DNA of 20,000 bases. Source: an uncultured virus (IMG/VR IMGVR_UViG_3300043080_000080). Its lineage: Duplodnaviria > Heunggongvirae > Uroviricota > Caudoviricetes. The notes beneath the pieces were generated by a model. That model worked only from the letters and a program-made list of their open reading frames with translations, was not told where the DNA came from and did no database searches. This document shows, piece by piece, positions 7,001 through 15,947 of this stretch. The stretch lies in IMG/VR virus record IMGVR_UViG_3300043080_000080; one strand, given 5' to 3'. Both the position numbers and the translations under genes were made by a program. Position 1 is the first letter of the stretch; every line of letters starts with the position of its first letter.

Positions 7001-7969
7001 TTATTTTTTATCTGAAGGCTTTTGTACTAGGCTTTTAAGCATCGTACCGATCTGATGATATATAGCAAGACACTCTCTATAAACGACTAAATTTTCTACA
7101 TAAGTTCTGTTCACATAAACAGTTGTGATAGTATAGTTTACCATATCTCTAAGGTCTACTATCTTATCTGCAATGAACTCTATGATTCTGGTATTAGTGT
7201 AAGTCTTAGTGATCTTATTGACGTTATCAAATGTGGCATTAAGAGCTTCATGAAGATCTATATAGTTCTGTAATAACTCTGTATTTTTGATGGCCATTTG
7301 TGCAGGGGTAAGATCAGCGAATAAGTCTTTCTCCATATCAGATAATGGAGAATCGCCTACACCATCACCAGTTTCACCGTCTTTAGCAGAATCCTTATCA
7401 GAGTCGTCGTCTTTATCATCGTCTCCAGTATCATCTGTATCATCATTGGTGTCACCAGTGTCGTCATCTCCGCCTGCATCTGCGTCATCGTCTAAATCAT
7501 CGTCATCCATTTTCGTATAGTCCGTATCTTCATCGCCATCATCTGTATCATCATCTCCGACATCGCCACCACCGGTATCATCAGTGTCGTTCATATCGCT
7601 TACAGAAGTATTTGAATCACTGGTTGTATCATCCTCATCAGAGTCATCGCCATCATCTGTATCATCATCTTCTTCGGTATCATCACCAGCATCATCTGTA
7701 TCTTCTGTATCATCATCTTCCCCAGGCATTTCTAATTCGGTATAATCCTCATCATCAGTGCCATCTGCATTGTCAGGTTCTTTTTCATCATTAGTATCTT
7801 CAGTGTCGGTATCATCTTCATCGTCATCAGTATCTGTTACATCATCAATGGTAGCATCATCATCTTCTCCGGTGTCTTCAGTGTAATCTTCATCATTCTT
7901 ATCATCTGAATCTTTACCATTGATTTGTAATTCATTGAAGTACCTAAACTTATTAAAATCAAATATCAT
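7001..7969 (-). CDS. Highly acidic protein, possible prohead core/scaffold component (322 aa)
   Basis: RBS AAGGGAGG. A long Asp/Glu/Thr/Gly low-complexity tract is followed by a helical C-terminal domain. Directly upstream of the capsid gene; possible FNE/L cleavage site. Confidence 0.6.
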   Translation of the reverse strand: MIFDFNKFRYFNELQINGKDSDDKNDEDYTEDTGEDDDATIDDVTDTDDDEDDTDTEDTNDEKEPDNADGTDDEDYTELEMPGEDDDTEDTDDAGDDTEEDDDTDDGDDSDEDDTTSDSNTSVSDMNDTDDTGGGDVGDDDTDDGDEDTDYTKMDDDDLDDDADAGGDDDTGDTNDDTDDTGDDDKDDDSDKDSAKDGETGDGVGDSPLSDMEKDLFADLTPAQMAIKNTELLQNYIDLHEALNATFDNVNKITKTYTNTRIIEFIADKIVDLRDMVNYTITTVYVNRTYVENLVVYRECLAIYHQIGTMLKSLVQKPSDKK

Positions 7970-7984
7970 ATTACAATGCCTCCC

Positions 7985-10621
7985 TTAATCATCATGCTCT
8001 AACTTAGGCGGCAACTTCTGATTATATACTGTAACCATTTTATATTTAATACGCTGCTGCTGTCTTTGCAGATTACGCTGTATAGTCTCAATCTGCCTGA
8101 TAGCTTTCATATCATTCTTATCTTCTGCAAGTCGCATATAGCGCTCGCACATCTTAAGCTCTATATCGATATCGTCTAAAATCAACTGTCGTTCTTTCTT
8201 CTGTAGTTTCTTAGAGCAAGCAAATGCTCCAACGGCAGATATTACTGCGACAGTAGGATTGACTATCCATGCGGCTCCAAATGAAAGAGCAATCTTAATG
8301 CACTTAGACAAAGACGGAAGTAAACTACCACGTAGTACAGCTTCTCTATTGTTAGTCATTAAGGTATTTTCAATTCCTTTGACGACGTTAGTAGCAGCAA
8401 CATCAATATCTTGAGATGCTTTTTTCTCTTTATCTGATAAATTAACAGCACTCTTCTTAAGTCTGTTCAATGCAAGCTTGATAGTATTACCAAACTCCAT
8501 CTCCATTAATACATTATTGGAACCAATCTTGGTTATCTCATTCAAGCATGACAAATACAGAACAGCATCACGAGCAGTATTAGAAGTATTATAAGATGCT
8601 CCAGCAGTATTAAGCTTATAGATATTCTCGTTTAAACAATCAATACGTGCATAGTCTTTTGTACCTGTAGCGTGTCTTAATTGATCACGATGATGCTCAA
8701 GAGCTTCACGAACTTTATCTCTTTCAAGTATGACAGGAACAGTGATAGCAAAGTCAGTAAGATCATCAATACTATCATTAGATAATTTAAAGATATTATC
8801 ATATACAATACCTTCAACGCTAGAATCTGATACTTGCTCGGAGATGGATGTAACGTAATCAGATATCATGATGGCATATGCAGCTTCAGTAAGATCATCA
8901 TCCCAATCTATATCATCATAATCTAGATCATCAAAGTCGTCATCATCATCATCGTCATCACTATCTTTTTTCTTCTTTTTCTTGTCACCATCAAAGTCAT
9001 ACTCATCAAAGTTGTATCCATTGAACTTCTTTTCATCTCTCTCGTCATTCTCATCATCGGTGTACTGTTCTCTCTCATAAGCTTCAAGCTTTTCAAGATC
9101 TTTCTTAAGCTGATTAAGATAACGAGTATATCTATCTTTGGTTTCTTTGTCTGTAGCATTCTTTACCTTATCTTTAGCAGTATCAATCTCTTTATTATAC
9201 GAAGCGATAGCTTTCTCTAATTGTTTTCTCGTAACTCCAATAGTGACCAGATAGTTACCAATAAGAACAACCAATCCAATTACAGGGTTAATGGCAAATC
9301 CAACTCCAGCAACCATTACTCTAAATACAGAGAATATATCAGGAAGTTCATAAACTATCTGCTCAGGGGATTTTGAGTAAATTCTACTAAGCATAGTCCT
9401 AAAGTTATTAATTATTGCTTTAGGTTCTTTAGATTTATCCTTGATACAATCTCTTCTAAATTCGATAATCATATCCTTGATATCATCATCTTTATGCTCT
9501 TCAGGATGACCTTCTCTAGCAGCATTAATTAAACTCTTAGTTTTCTTTTTAATTTCCTTTTTCTTTTGTTTTACTTCTTTCTTTACTTTCTTAATTTCTT
9601 CTTTGTTTTCAACTATGGGAACTCCATAGTTCTCTGCTAATGTAGCAATATAAATATCATCTATATGTGTTTCAGTAATAGAATCTTCTATATCGTCATA
9701 GATATAATCATTTATAATATCAAAATCATCATCATTAAAGTACACAGACTTTTCCATTATAGATACAACATCATCTATCTGTGATTCTTTTAGTTGACCA
9801 GAAAAAATAAAATAATCTGTTACTGCTTCTGCAATCTTATGCTTTGGATAGTTCATATGATGCTTATCAAATACATAAGCTGCAGTTTCCAATGCGGTAT
9901 TATATCTTACTTTAAAACTAGTATTACAGGTATCAATACATTTTGCGATCTCTAGACATGCATCATATGAATCTGAATCCCTATAGACTTCTGTAACAAT
10001 TCTATCAAAGTTAAAAATCTTAGACAGTTTATTGTAGTTCTCTACAATACGATCACATTCTTTTGCGGCGATACATTCTTCATATAAAGCATTGAAGCAT
10101 TCTTCTACAGTATCATTATTATCATCAGGATTAGAAGCAACTCCTCCACTAGAAGAGCTGCTAGAAACTCCAGATGATGCTCCTCCTCTTATCGCATCTA
10201 GAGACTTTGAAAGATTATTTACTGTTGAGTGTAATTTCTCTGAGATATCTGTGAATAGTCTATTGTTCTTTGTTAATGTTTTACGCTTCATTACACCCAT
10301 TCTGTATTTAAGAGATCTTTGAAGTTGAGATTGGTCACGCACCTTGGTAACATTTTCTACTAAAATGTCACAGGCATTCCTGATATCAGAATCAGCACAA
10401 TTAACGCAAATTTCAGAAAAAATATCAAGTGCTTTTTCAAATGCCAAATCAGTATTTTCCGCTAGGGATTCCCAATATTTAATTGAATTCATTGCATTGT
10501 CTTTGCAGAATACATTTTTGTCAGTATAAATCTGAGCTTCCTGCATATGCATTTGATTAGCCTTGGATTTAGTACCGACATTACGCATACGCCTAGTGAT
10601 GTCTTTGTACGATACCTTCAT
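7985..10621 (-). CDS. Large putative inner-head/virion precursor protein (~878 aa)
   Basis: ORF 7985..10639; the likely start is ATG 10621. Many hydrophobic-X-E sites, charged linkers and two copies of a hydrophobic-hairpin + coiled-coil module. Located in the head gene cluster. Confidence 0.6.
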   Translation of the reverse strand: MKVSYKDITRRMRNVGTKSKANQMHMQEAQIYTDKNVFCKDNAMNSIKYWESLAENTDLAFEKALDIFSEICVNCADSDIRNACDILVENVTKVRDQSQLQRSLKYRMGVMKRKTLTKNNRLFTDISEKLHSTVNNLSKSLDAIRGGASSGVSSSSSSGGVASNPDDNNDTVEECFNALYEECIAAKECDRIVENYNKLSKIFNFDRIVTEVYRDSDSYDACLEIAKCIDTCNTSFKVRYNTALETAAYVFDKHHMNYPKHKIAEAVTDYFIFSGQLKESQIDDVVSIMEKSVYFNDDDFDIINDYIYDDIEDSITETHIDDIYIATLAENYGVPIVENKEEIKKVKKEVKQKKKEIKKKTKSLINAAREGHPEEHKDDDIKDMIIEFRRDCIKDKSKEPKAIINNFRTMLSRIYSKSPEQIVYELPDIFSVFRVMVAGVGFAINPVIGLVVLIGNYLVTIGVTRKQLEKAIASYNKEIDTAKDKVKNATDKETKDRYTRYLNQLKKDLEKLEAYEREQYTDDENDERDEKKFNGYNFDEYDFDGDKKKKKKDSDDDDDDDDFDDLDYDDIDWDDDLTEAAYAIMISDYVTSISEQVSDSSVEGIVYDNIFKLSNDSIDDLTDFAITVPVILERDKVREALEHHRDQLRHATGTKDYARIDCLNENIYKLNTAGASYNTSNTARDAVLYLSCLNEITKIGSNNVLMEMEFGNTIKLALNRLKKSAVNLSDKEKKASQDIDVAATNVVKGIENTLMTNNREAVLRGSLLPSLSKCIKIALSFGAAWIVNPTVAVISAVGAFACSKKLQKKERQLILDDIDIELKMCERYMRLAEDKNDMKAIRQIETIQRNLQRQQQRIKYKMVTVYNQKLPPKLEHDD

Positions 10622-10648
10622 TATTTCACCGACCTCCATTTATGTCAT

Positions 10649-10660
10649 TATTATAAAGTT
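10649..10660 (-). promoter_or_regulatory. Late promoter-like motif (AACT variant)
   Basis: Minus strand AACT-ttataa-TA(A) upstream of the 878-aa gene, back-to-back with the protease promoter motif. Confidence 0.5.
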
Positions 10661-10691
10661 CACAGCTTATCGCTTAAAGGTACTATACGGA

Positions 10692-10703
10692 AACATATAA
10701 ATA
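10692..10703 (+). promoter_or_regulatory. Late promoter-like motif for the prohead protease
   Basis: AACA-tataaa-TA(A) upstream of RBS AAGGAGGT. Confidence 0.7.
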
Positions 10704-10739
10704 AGATTTCACCTAAATAAAGAAGGAGGTAGTCCATTC

Positions 10740-11588
10740 ATGGATAACAGAAAGATTGGCAGCATCATCCTTGAAGGAGCATCTACTGTAGAAGATACTG
10801 TTATTGCTGACAAGATTACTACAAATGGAGGTAAGCCTAGAGTTCTTGCAGAGGGCACCTTGCAAGATATGGATGTTGAAAATCGCAACCATCGTATTTA
10901 CGCCAAAGCAGATTTAGCCCCTGAGATTAATGGGGCTAGAATGAAGGAACTGCTTGATAATAAAGAGTTTAAGGGCGAATTAGGTCATCCTCTGTCTAAT
11001 GATCTTGTAAGACAACAGACTATTGATCCTAAGCTTGTGTGTGTGCGATTCACTAAGCTATGGATTGATGGTAACAAAGTTAAGGGGCAGTTTAAGGGAA
11101 CTAACAATGCATACGGTGATGAGTTTGATTTAGATCTTCGCGAAGGATGTAAACCAGCATTCTCTCTTAGAGCTCTTGGTAGCATTGAGAATGTTGGTGG
11201 TAAGGCATATGTTAAGGGTATTAAGATTATTACTTATGATAGAGTAATCTATCCTTCACATAAAGCTGCATATACTGAGAAGATTGTATCTGAATCTGCT
11301 ATAGATACCGGTAAGCCTATTTATGAGAATCAGCTTATTGTTCCTAATAATGATCCTGGACGGATTATTACACTTACAGAGAGCGATGCTCGTACAGTTA
11401 TCTCTCGTTTACAGAGAGAATCTGCTAATCTTGATACCATCCTGAATATGTTTGAGGGCTTCTCTGATACCATCACTTTAGTGAATGAAAGTACTATTAT
11501 GATGAGCACTAGATTTGGCGATAGAATCTACGTTAATCTTGAGAATCATATCGAGAATCTTATCATGGATTATTCAATGAGAAATTAA
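10740..11588 (+). CDS. Prohead maturation serine protease (T4 gp21-like)
   Basis: Motifs NRNHRIY, GELGHP (catalytic His), FSLRALGS (catalytic Ser; SSRGLGS in T4 gp21) and ITYDRVIYPSH. Strong RBS. Confidence 0.92.
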   Translation: MDNRKIGSIILEGASTVEDTVIADKITTNGGKPRVLAEGTLQDMDVENRNHRIYAKADLAPEINGARMKELLDNKEFKGELGHPLSNDLVRQQTIDPKLVCVRFTKLWIDGNKVKGQFKGTNNAYGDEFDLDLREGCKPAFSLRALGSIENVGGKAYVKGIKIITYDRVIYPSHKAAYTEKIVSESAIDTGKPIYENQLIVPNNDPGRIITLTESDARTVISRLQRESANLDTILNMFEGFSDTITLVNESTIMMSTRFGDRIYVNLENHIENLIMDYSMRN

Positions 11589-11598
11589 AAAAAAATAA

Positions 11599-11624
11599 AC
11601 CCGTAGGGATTTCTCCCTACGGGT
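11599..11624. terminator. Terminator between convergent genes
   Basis: Perfect 11-bp stem ACCCGTAGGGA/TCCCTACGGGT, with a GAAA loop and a long U-tract on the minus strand. Confidence 0.85.
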
Positions 11625-11636
11625 CTAATAGCGCTT

Positions 11637-12125
11637 TTATTCTTCAGATTTATCTTTACGAATAAACTGCCAGATAAACTCTTTTGGAAGATTGTAAATA
11701 TCTGCACAATATGCATAGAGAACTAATTGAGATTCTGACTCAGCTTTATAGAATCTGTCAGTTATATCTCCATCATTACAATTTGAGATAATATCTCTTA
11801 CGCCGATCATGGTATTAATAGCATAACAGTCTAGATCATTTATGAAATTATGCACACTGTCTAATGGATTTAAATTAACAATACCAAGCTCAGCATTGTG
11901 AAATATATTCCAATACACATCATGCCGCTCAATAGATTTTGGTTCAATATACTCATCAAATAATCCAGGGGATTCATAATAAACAACTTCATACATTATA
12001 AGTTCATAGTTATCATGAATATCTCTTAACACTTCATCTGTTGGATTAAATGTTTCTATAGCAGAACCTTCTACTGCGGAGAAATTAAAAAACGCCGAGG
12101 TTATTAATTTCTTCTTGCCTAGCAT
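11637..12125 (-). CDS. Tandem paralog family member 8 (162 aa)
   Basis: Very similar to 12126..12620; contains DRFYKAESESQLVLYAYCAD...WQFI. Confidence 0.85.
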   Translation of the reverse strand: MLGKKKLITSAFFNFSAVEGSAIETFNPTDEVLRDIHDNYELIMYEVVYYESPGLFDEYIEPKSIERHDVYWNIFHNAELGIVNLNPLDSVHNFINDLDCYAINTMIGVRDIISNCNDGDITDRFYKAESESQLVLYAYCADIYNLPKEFIWQFIRKDKSEE

Positions 12126-12620
12126 TTAAGTTTCCTCCTCAGATTTATCTCTACGAATAAACTGCCAGATATATTCTTTTGGAAGATTGTAGATATCTGC
12201 ACAGTATGCATAGATAACTAGCTGGGATTCTGATTCCGCTTTATAGAATCTTTCACCGGTATCACCATTATTACAGTTCGAGATAATATCTCTTAGAGTT
12301 GTTATGCTACTAACAGCATATTTATCCAGCAGACTCTGCCAGTTATACTTATGGTCTAAAGGTCCTAGAGTATAACAACCAAGATCGGAGATATGATCGC
12401 AATCATAATTAACCTCATACCGTTCAACAGGACCATCATCAATACACTTTCCAATAACATCTGGAGCTTCATACCAAACAGCCTCATGCATTATAAGCTT
12501 ATATTCATTATGAATACGCGCTAATGCTTCATCTGTCGGATCAAACACCTCTATAGCAGAGTTTTCCACTGCAGGGAAATCAGAAAATGCTGAGTTAATT
12601 AATTCCTTCTTGTCTAACAT
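12126..12620 (-). CDS. Tandem paralog family member 7 (164 aa)
   Basis: AAGGAGG RBS; contains ERFYKAESESQLVIYAYCAD...WQFI. Confidence 0.85.
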   Translation of the reverse strand: MLDKKELINSAFSDFPAVENSAIEVFDPTDEALARIHNEYKLIMHEAVWYEAPDVIGKCIDDGPVERYEVNYDCDHISDLGCYTLGPLDHKYNWQSLLDKYAVSSITTLRDIISNCNNGDTGERFYKAESESQLVIYAYCADIYNLPKEYIWQFIRRDKSEEET

Positions 12621-12644
12621 TTAAATTTCCTCCTTAGATTTTAA

Positions 12645-13103
12645 CTACTTAGCGACAAAATGCCAAATGAAATCATACTCCATCATAACTATATCTCTAG
12701 CGTATGCAAAGATTATAATTTGAGACTCTGATTTAACCATATAGAATCTATCTTTAACATCTGCATTGTTATCTTTAAGCCATTTTGGAAATCCCAGTAT
12801 CATTCTAATATTAGACTGCACAACCTCATCGCTTACATCAAGCACTTTGCATTTTTCAACGTCATACAATATGGTTACTTTATCAGGATCATAATTTACA
12901 GAATGCTGCTCTAACCTAATCTGGTATGGCTTGCTGTGATGCGAATCAGGGCCAAAAATGTAATCTACCAAGAACAACTGTATATCATATTTACTAGTAA
13001 TATCATCTAAAAATTCTTGAGTTGGTTCAAATGATTCCGGTTGTATTCCCTTCTCAATAAACTTACTGAATACCTTATTAACCACATTGATATCTACTGC
13101 CAT
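12645..13103 (-). CDS. Tandem paralog family member 6 (152 aa)
   Basis: AAGGAGG RBS; contains FEPTQEF and DRFYMVKSESQIIIFAYARD...WHFV. Confidence 0.85.
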   Translation of the reverse strand: MAVDINVVNKVFSKFIEKGIQPESFEPTQEFLDDITSKYDIQLFLVDYIFGPDSHHSKPYQIRLEQHSVNYDPDKVTILYDVEKCKVLDVSDEVVQSNIRMILGFPKWLKDNNADVKDRFYMVKSESQIIIFAYARDIVMMEYDFIWHFVAK

Positions 13104-13106
13104 TTT

Positions 13107-13607
13107 TTATTCCTCCTTATTAGTATGTTTAGCAGCGTCCACCATATTACTAATGTATGAAGCTCTATACTCATCAGTTACAAAATGCCATATGACAATA
13201 CAATTTATTGCCATATCTTTAGCATACATGCATATTATAAGTTGAGAGTTATATTCCGCCATCCAAAATCTATTTTCTACATTGTAGCCGCTATCTTTAA
13301 TCAATCTCGCATACTCTAGCAAAGTACCAGTGTACGGTTGTAATCTCTTCTCAGTATATTCCTGTATATGATTAACGTCATCATCATAATAGCCCATCTC
13401 TTTAGCACTATAATCAATAATGCATCTCTCATAGACCTTATGGGTACCATCATTATAAAAATCATCATTACGATGCATGACTAACGTGTACTTCTTCTTG
13501 ATCTTCTGCACGTTATACGCTGTAGGGTCGAAAGGTTTAATCTCAACTCCTTCAGGCATAGTAAATTTAGAGAACGCCTTATTGACTTCATCCATGTTAA
13601 TCGCCAT
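13107..13607 (-). CDS. Tandem paralog family member 5 (166 aa)
   Basis: Likely start at ATG 13607 (MAINMDEVNKAFSKF) after GAGGAGG; contains NRFWMAEYNSQLIICMYAKD...WHFV. Confidence 0.85.
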   Translation of the reverse strand: MAINMDEVNKAFSKFTMPEGVEIKPFDPTAYNVQKIKKKYTLVMHRNDDFYNDGTHKVYERCIIDYSAKEMGYYDDDVNHIQEYTEKRLQPYTGTLLEYARLIKDSGYNVENRFWMAEYNSQLIICMYAKDMAINCIVIWHFVTDEYRASYISNMVDAAKHTNKEE

Positions 13608-14268
13608 TTTTATTATCCTCCTCGCATAGATTATTTGTACTACCATTAAGAATGGCCAATATCTTATCGACTTTATCTTCAAGCCTCTTTAATTGCTCAG
13701 CCATAACAGACAAATTCTGTTGAGGATTTGTTTCTTCTTTTGGTTGCGTAGTGGTTGTGCCTGATGGCTCATCAGTATAATTGGTATCAGGCTGTGCATC
13801 CTTTGTAGGTTCTTTACTTACACATTCTTTTGGAATAAAATGCAATACCGAGTTAGCATTAGTGCCTTCAATGCGTTTATTGTATATAAAAATAATAATT
13901 TCGTCCCCTATTTTTGCAGCTCGAACATAACTATCATCTATTTTAGTGCCTTGTTTAATTATAAAATCGGTAACAATGTTTGTGTAACCATCAAATCTAT
14001 ATTTTTCCATTCTAGAATTATACTTGGCATGATAAATATCGCGTAGTTTAACACTAGCATAGTCTGTATAAAAATAGGCATCATATAAAAACTCGGTATC
14101 TTTCCAATGACTATATTGATGATAACATTCTGCCACTAGCGTATAATTATCTTTAAAATCACTTGCAAGCTCTTTTATTGGACTGATTGTATCTGACATG
14201 TCTTTGTAAAGTTCTAGAACTTCGGAAAATGCTGTATCTATAATCTCTTTAGTAGCAATATTACTCAT
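13597..14268 (-). CDS. Tandem paralog family member 4 with C-terminal linker and coiled coil (223 aa)
   Basis: AAGGAGG RBS; contains MSNIATKEIIDTAFSE, VRAAKIGDEIIIFIY and the tail TNPQQNLSVMAEQLK. Confidence 0.8.
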   Translation of the reverse strand: MSNIATKEIIDTAFSEVLELYKDMSDTISPIKELASDFKDNYTLVAECYHQYSHWKDTEFLYDAYFYTDYASVKLRDIYHAKYNSRMEKYRFDGYTNIVTDFIIKQGTKIDDSYVRAAKIGDEIIIFIYNKRIEGTNANSVLHFIPKECVSKEPTKDAQPDTNYTDEPSGTTTTQPKEETNPQQNLSVMAEQLKRLEDKVDKILAILNGSTNNLCEEDNKNGD

Positions 14269-14288
14269 TTTTATTTCCTCCTTAAATG

Positions 14289-14930
14289 TTAATCATTATA
14301 GCTATATGGGTACGGATCTGGATCTGGAGTAGTAATCTCGTCCGGAATATTAGCTATTTTAGCAACTGTCTCATTAAGCTGCTTTAATTGTTCAATTACA
14401 ACAGACAAATTCTGTTGAGGATTTGTTGCTTCTTTTTCTTGCAAATTAATTTTGCTTTGCAGACGTGCATTATTATTAGAATCTAAAGGTTCAACACCTT
14501 TAGGTTCAGTATCTATACCCAATTTCTCTGCAAATTCTTTAGGCTCAAAACGTATTAATGCATTACATCTAATATCTTTAACATCTTTAGTATACACAAA
14601 TCCAATAATGCTATCTGCAATTTTTGCAATGCGAATTCTGCTATTTTTAGCATTAGCTTCAGCAATATGGTCTTTAATAAATTTTGCATAGTATTCATTT
14701 GTGTTGTGTATTACACCATTTCGGATGTCGGTTGTGAACTCATGTAGAAAATCATCATTTACATCATGGCCAAAACTATTAATGGAGTATATCATTGGAA
14801 CGTAGTTCTCTCTGAAATCAAATATAAACTCTTCCGTTAGAGCAATTGATTCTATTTTGCCCCAATTAAATTCTCTCAATGACTCATAAAACACCTCATC
14901 TATCATTTCTTTAGTAGCAGTATTACTCAT
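14289..14930 (-). CDS. Tandem paralog family member 3 with C-terminal linker and coiled coil (213 aa)
   Basis: AAGGAGG RBS; contains MSNTATKEMIDEVF, IRIAKIADSIIGFVYTKD and the tail TNPQQNLSVVIEQLK. Confidence 0.8.
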   Translation of the reverse strand: MSNTATKEMIDEVFYESLREFNWGKIESIALTEEFIFDFRENYVPMIYSINSFGHDVNDDFLHEFTTDIRNGVIHNTNEYYAKFIKDHIAEANAKNSRIRIAKIADSIIGFVYTKDVKDIRCNALIRFEPKEFAEKLGIDTEPKGVEPLDSNNNARLQSKINLQEKEATNPQQNLSVVIEQLKQLNETVAKIANIPDEITTPDPDPYPYSYND

Positions 14931-14949
14931 TTTTTATTTCCTCCTTAAA

Positions 14950-15465
14950 CTAAGTATGTATGCCTGGCTGGTTTGCAAGTATCCTACGAAGAAGATCATT
15001 AGTGGTTCTCAATTCTTTCAGTATGAGTAAAAGATTTTTTGAATCGCTAGATCCTTTTTCTTTAGCCTTAAATTCTTCTTCATGAGCCATAAGTTCTTTC
15101 AAGTGCTTAGCAGTTACAAACTTATAAAGATAATCCACTTCATCGGGAAGATCGCTAGCATGTATATAAATAACAGCATAACCTTTATCTTTAATAATGT
15201 AACCTCTATTAGTAAGATTAGCACCAGTCTTTACTGTTTCTTCTTTTATATATCTCATACGATTAATAGCATCTTCCACGTTAGCATCAAAACTAACAAA
15301 TTGACAAACGTCATTCAAAGAATTAACGTAATACGTGGTGTAAGCACAATAATCTCTAAGATTGTGAATAAACTCATCTGTCAAATCAAATACTTCAGGT
15401 TCTTTTCCGCTATAGTTTGTGCAGAAATTAGAAAAGATATCCATCATAGACTTATCTACTGCCAT
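14950..15465 (-). CDS. Tandem paralog family member 2 (171 aa)
   Basis: Contains MAVDK...FSNFC, FDLTDEFIHNLRDY and NRGYIIKDKGYAVIYIHASD, with a short C-terminal coiled coil. Confidence 0.8.
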   Translation of the reverse strand: MAVDKSMMDIFSNFCTNYSGKEPEVFDLTDEFIHNLRDYCAYTTYYVNSLNDVCQFVSFDANVEDAINRMRYIKEETVKTGANLTNRGYIIKDKGYAVIYIHASDLPDEVDYLYKFVTAKHLKELMAHEEEFKAKEKGSSDSKNLLLILKELRTTNDLLRRILANQPGIHT

Positions 15466-15940
15466 TTACAAATAACTCCTTGTAAGTTTCTTTGGTACAG
15501 AACATCATATACATATTCATATGGGGGCTAAAATCTCTAGTATATATGAATAAGCTAATTTGGTTATTGGTTTTGGCTATCCAGAATCTATCTTTAAAGC
15601 CAGCTCCAATAATATATTTCTTCATAAAGCTTATAAGCTTTATATACTCCTGCATCTGCTTATAGCTATCACATCCTACAGGGTAGGTATCATTAAAAAG
15701 CTCTTTCTCTTTTGCTATCTCGTATACCTTATCGATAAGAGAAGCGCTAGGTATATACGGGCATACAGCATCTTCATACAATCCATCATTAAATGTTTGG
15801 CTAATAACCTCTACACAAACATAGTGGTTCTTAAGATTATCAATGAATCTATTAGATGGATTAAAAGATTTTGCTTTAACACCAAGATGCTTTTCGCAAA
15901 AATCTGAGAATGCTTTTGTATATTCCTTATCTACCGCCAT
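15452..15940 (-). CDS. Tandem paralog family member 1 (162 aa)
   Basis: Contains MAVDK...AFSDFC, FNPSNRFIDNLKNHY and DRFWIAKTNNQISLFIYTRD. Confidence 0.85.
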   Translation of the reverse strand: MAVDKEYTKAFSDFCEKHLGVKAKSFNPSNRFIDNLKNHYVCVEVISQTFNDGLYEDAVCPYIPSASLIDKVYEIAKEKELFNDTYPVGCDSYKQMQEYIKLISFMKKYIIGAGFKDRFWIAKTNNQISLFIYTRDFSPHMNMYMMFCTKETYKELFVNGSR

Positions 15941-15947
15941 TGTTTAA

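Noticed and set aside
11637..15940. Diversity-generating retroelement explanation for the paralog array
   Set aside because: There is no reverse transcriptase in the window, and differences between copies are not adenine-specific.
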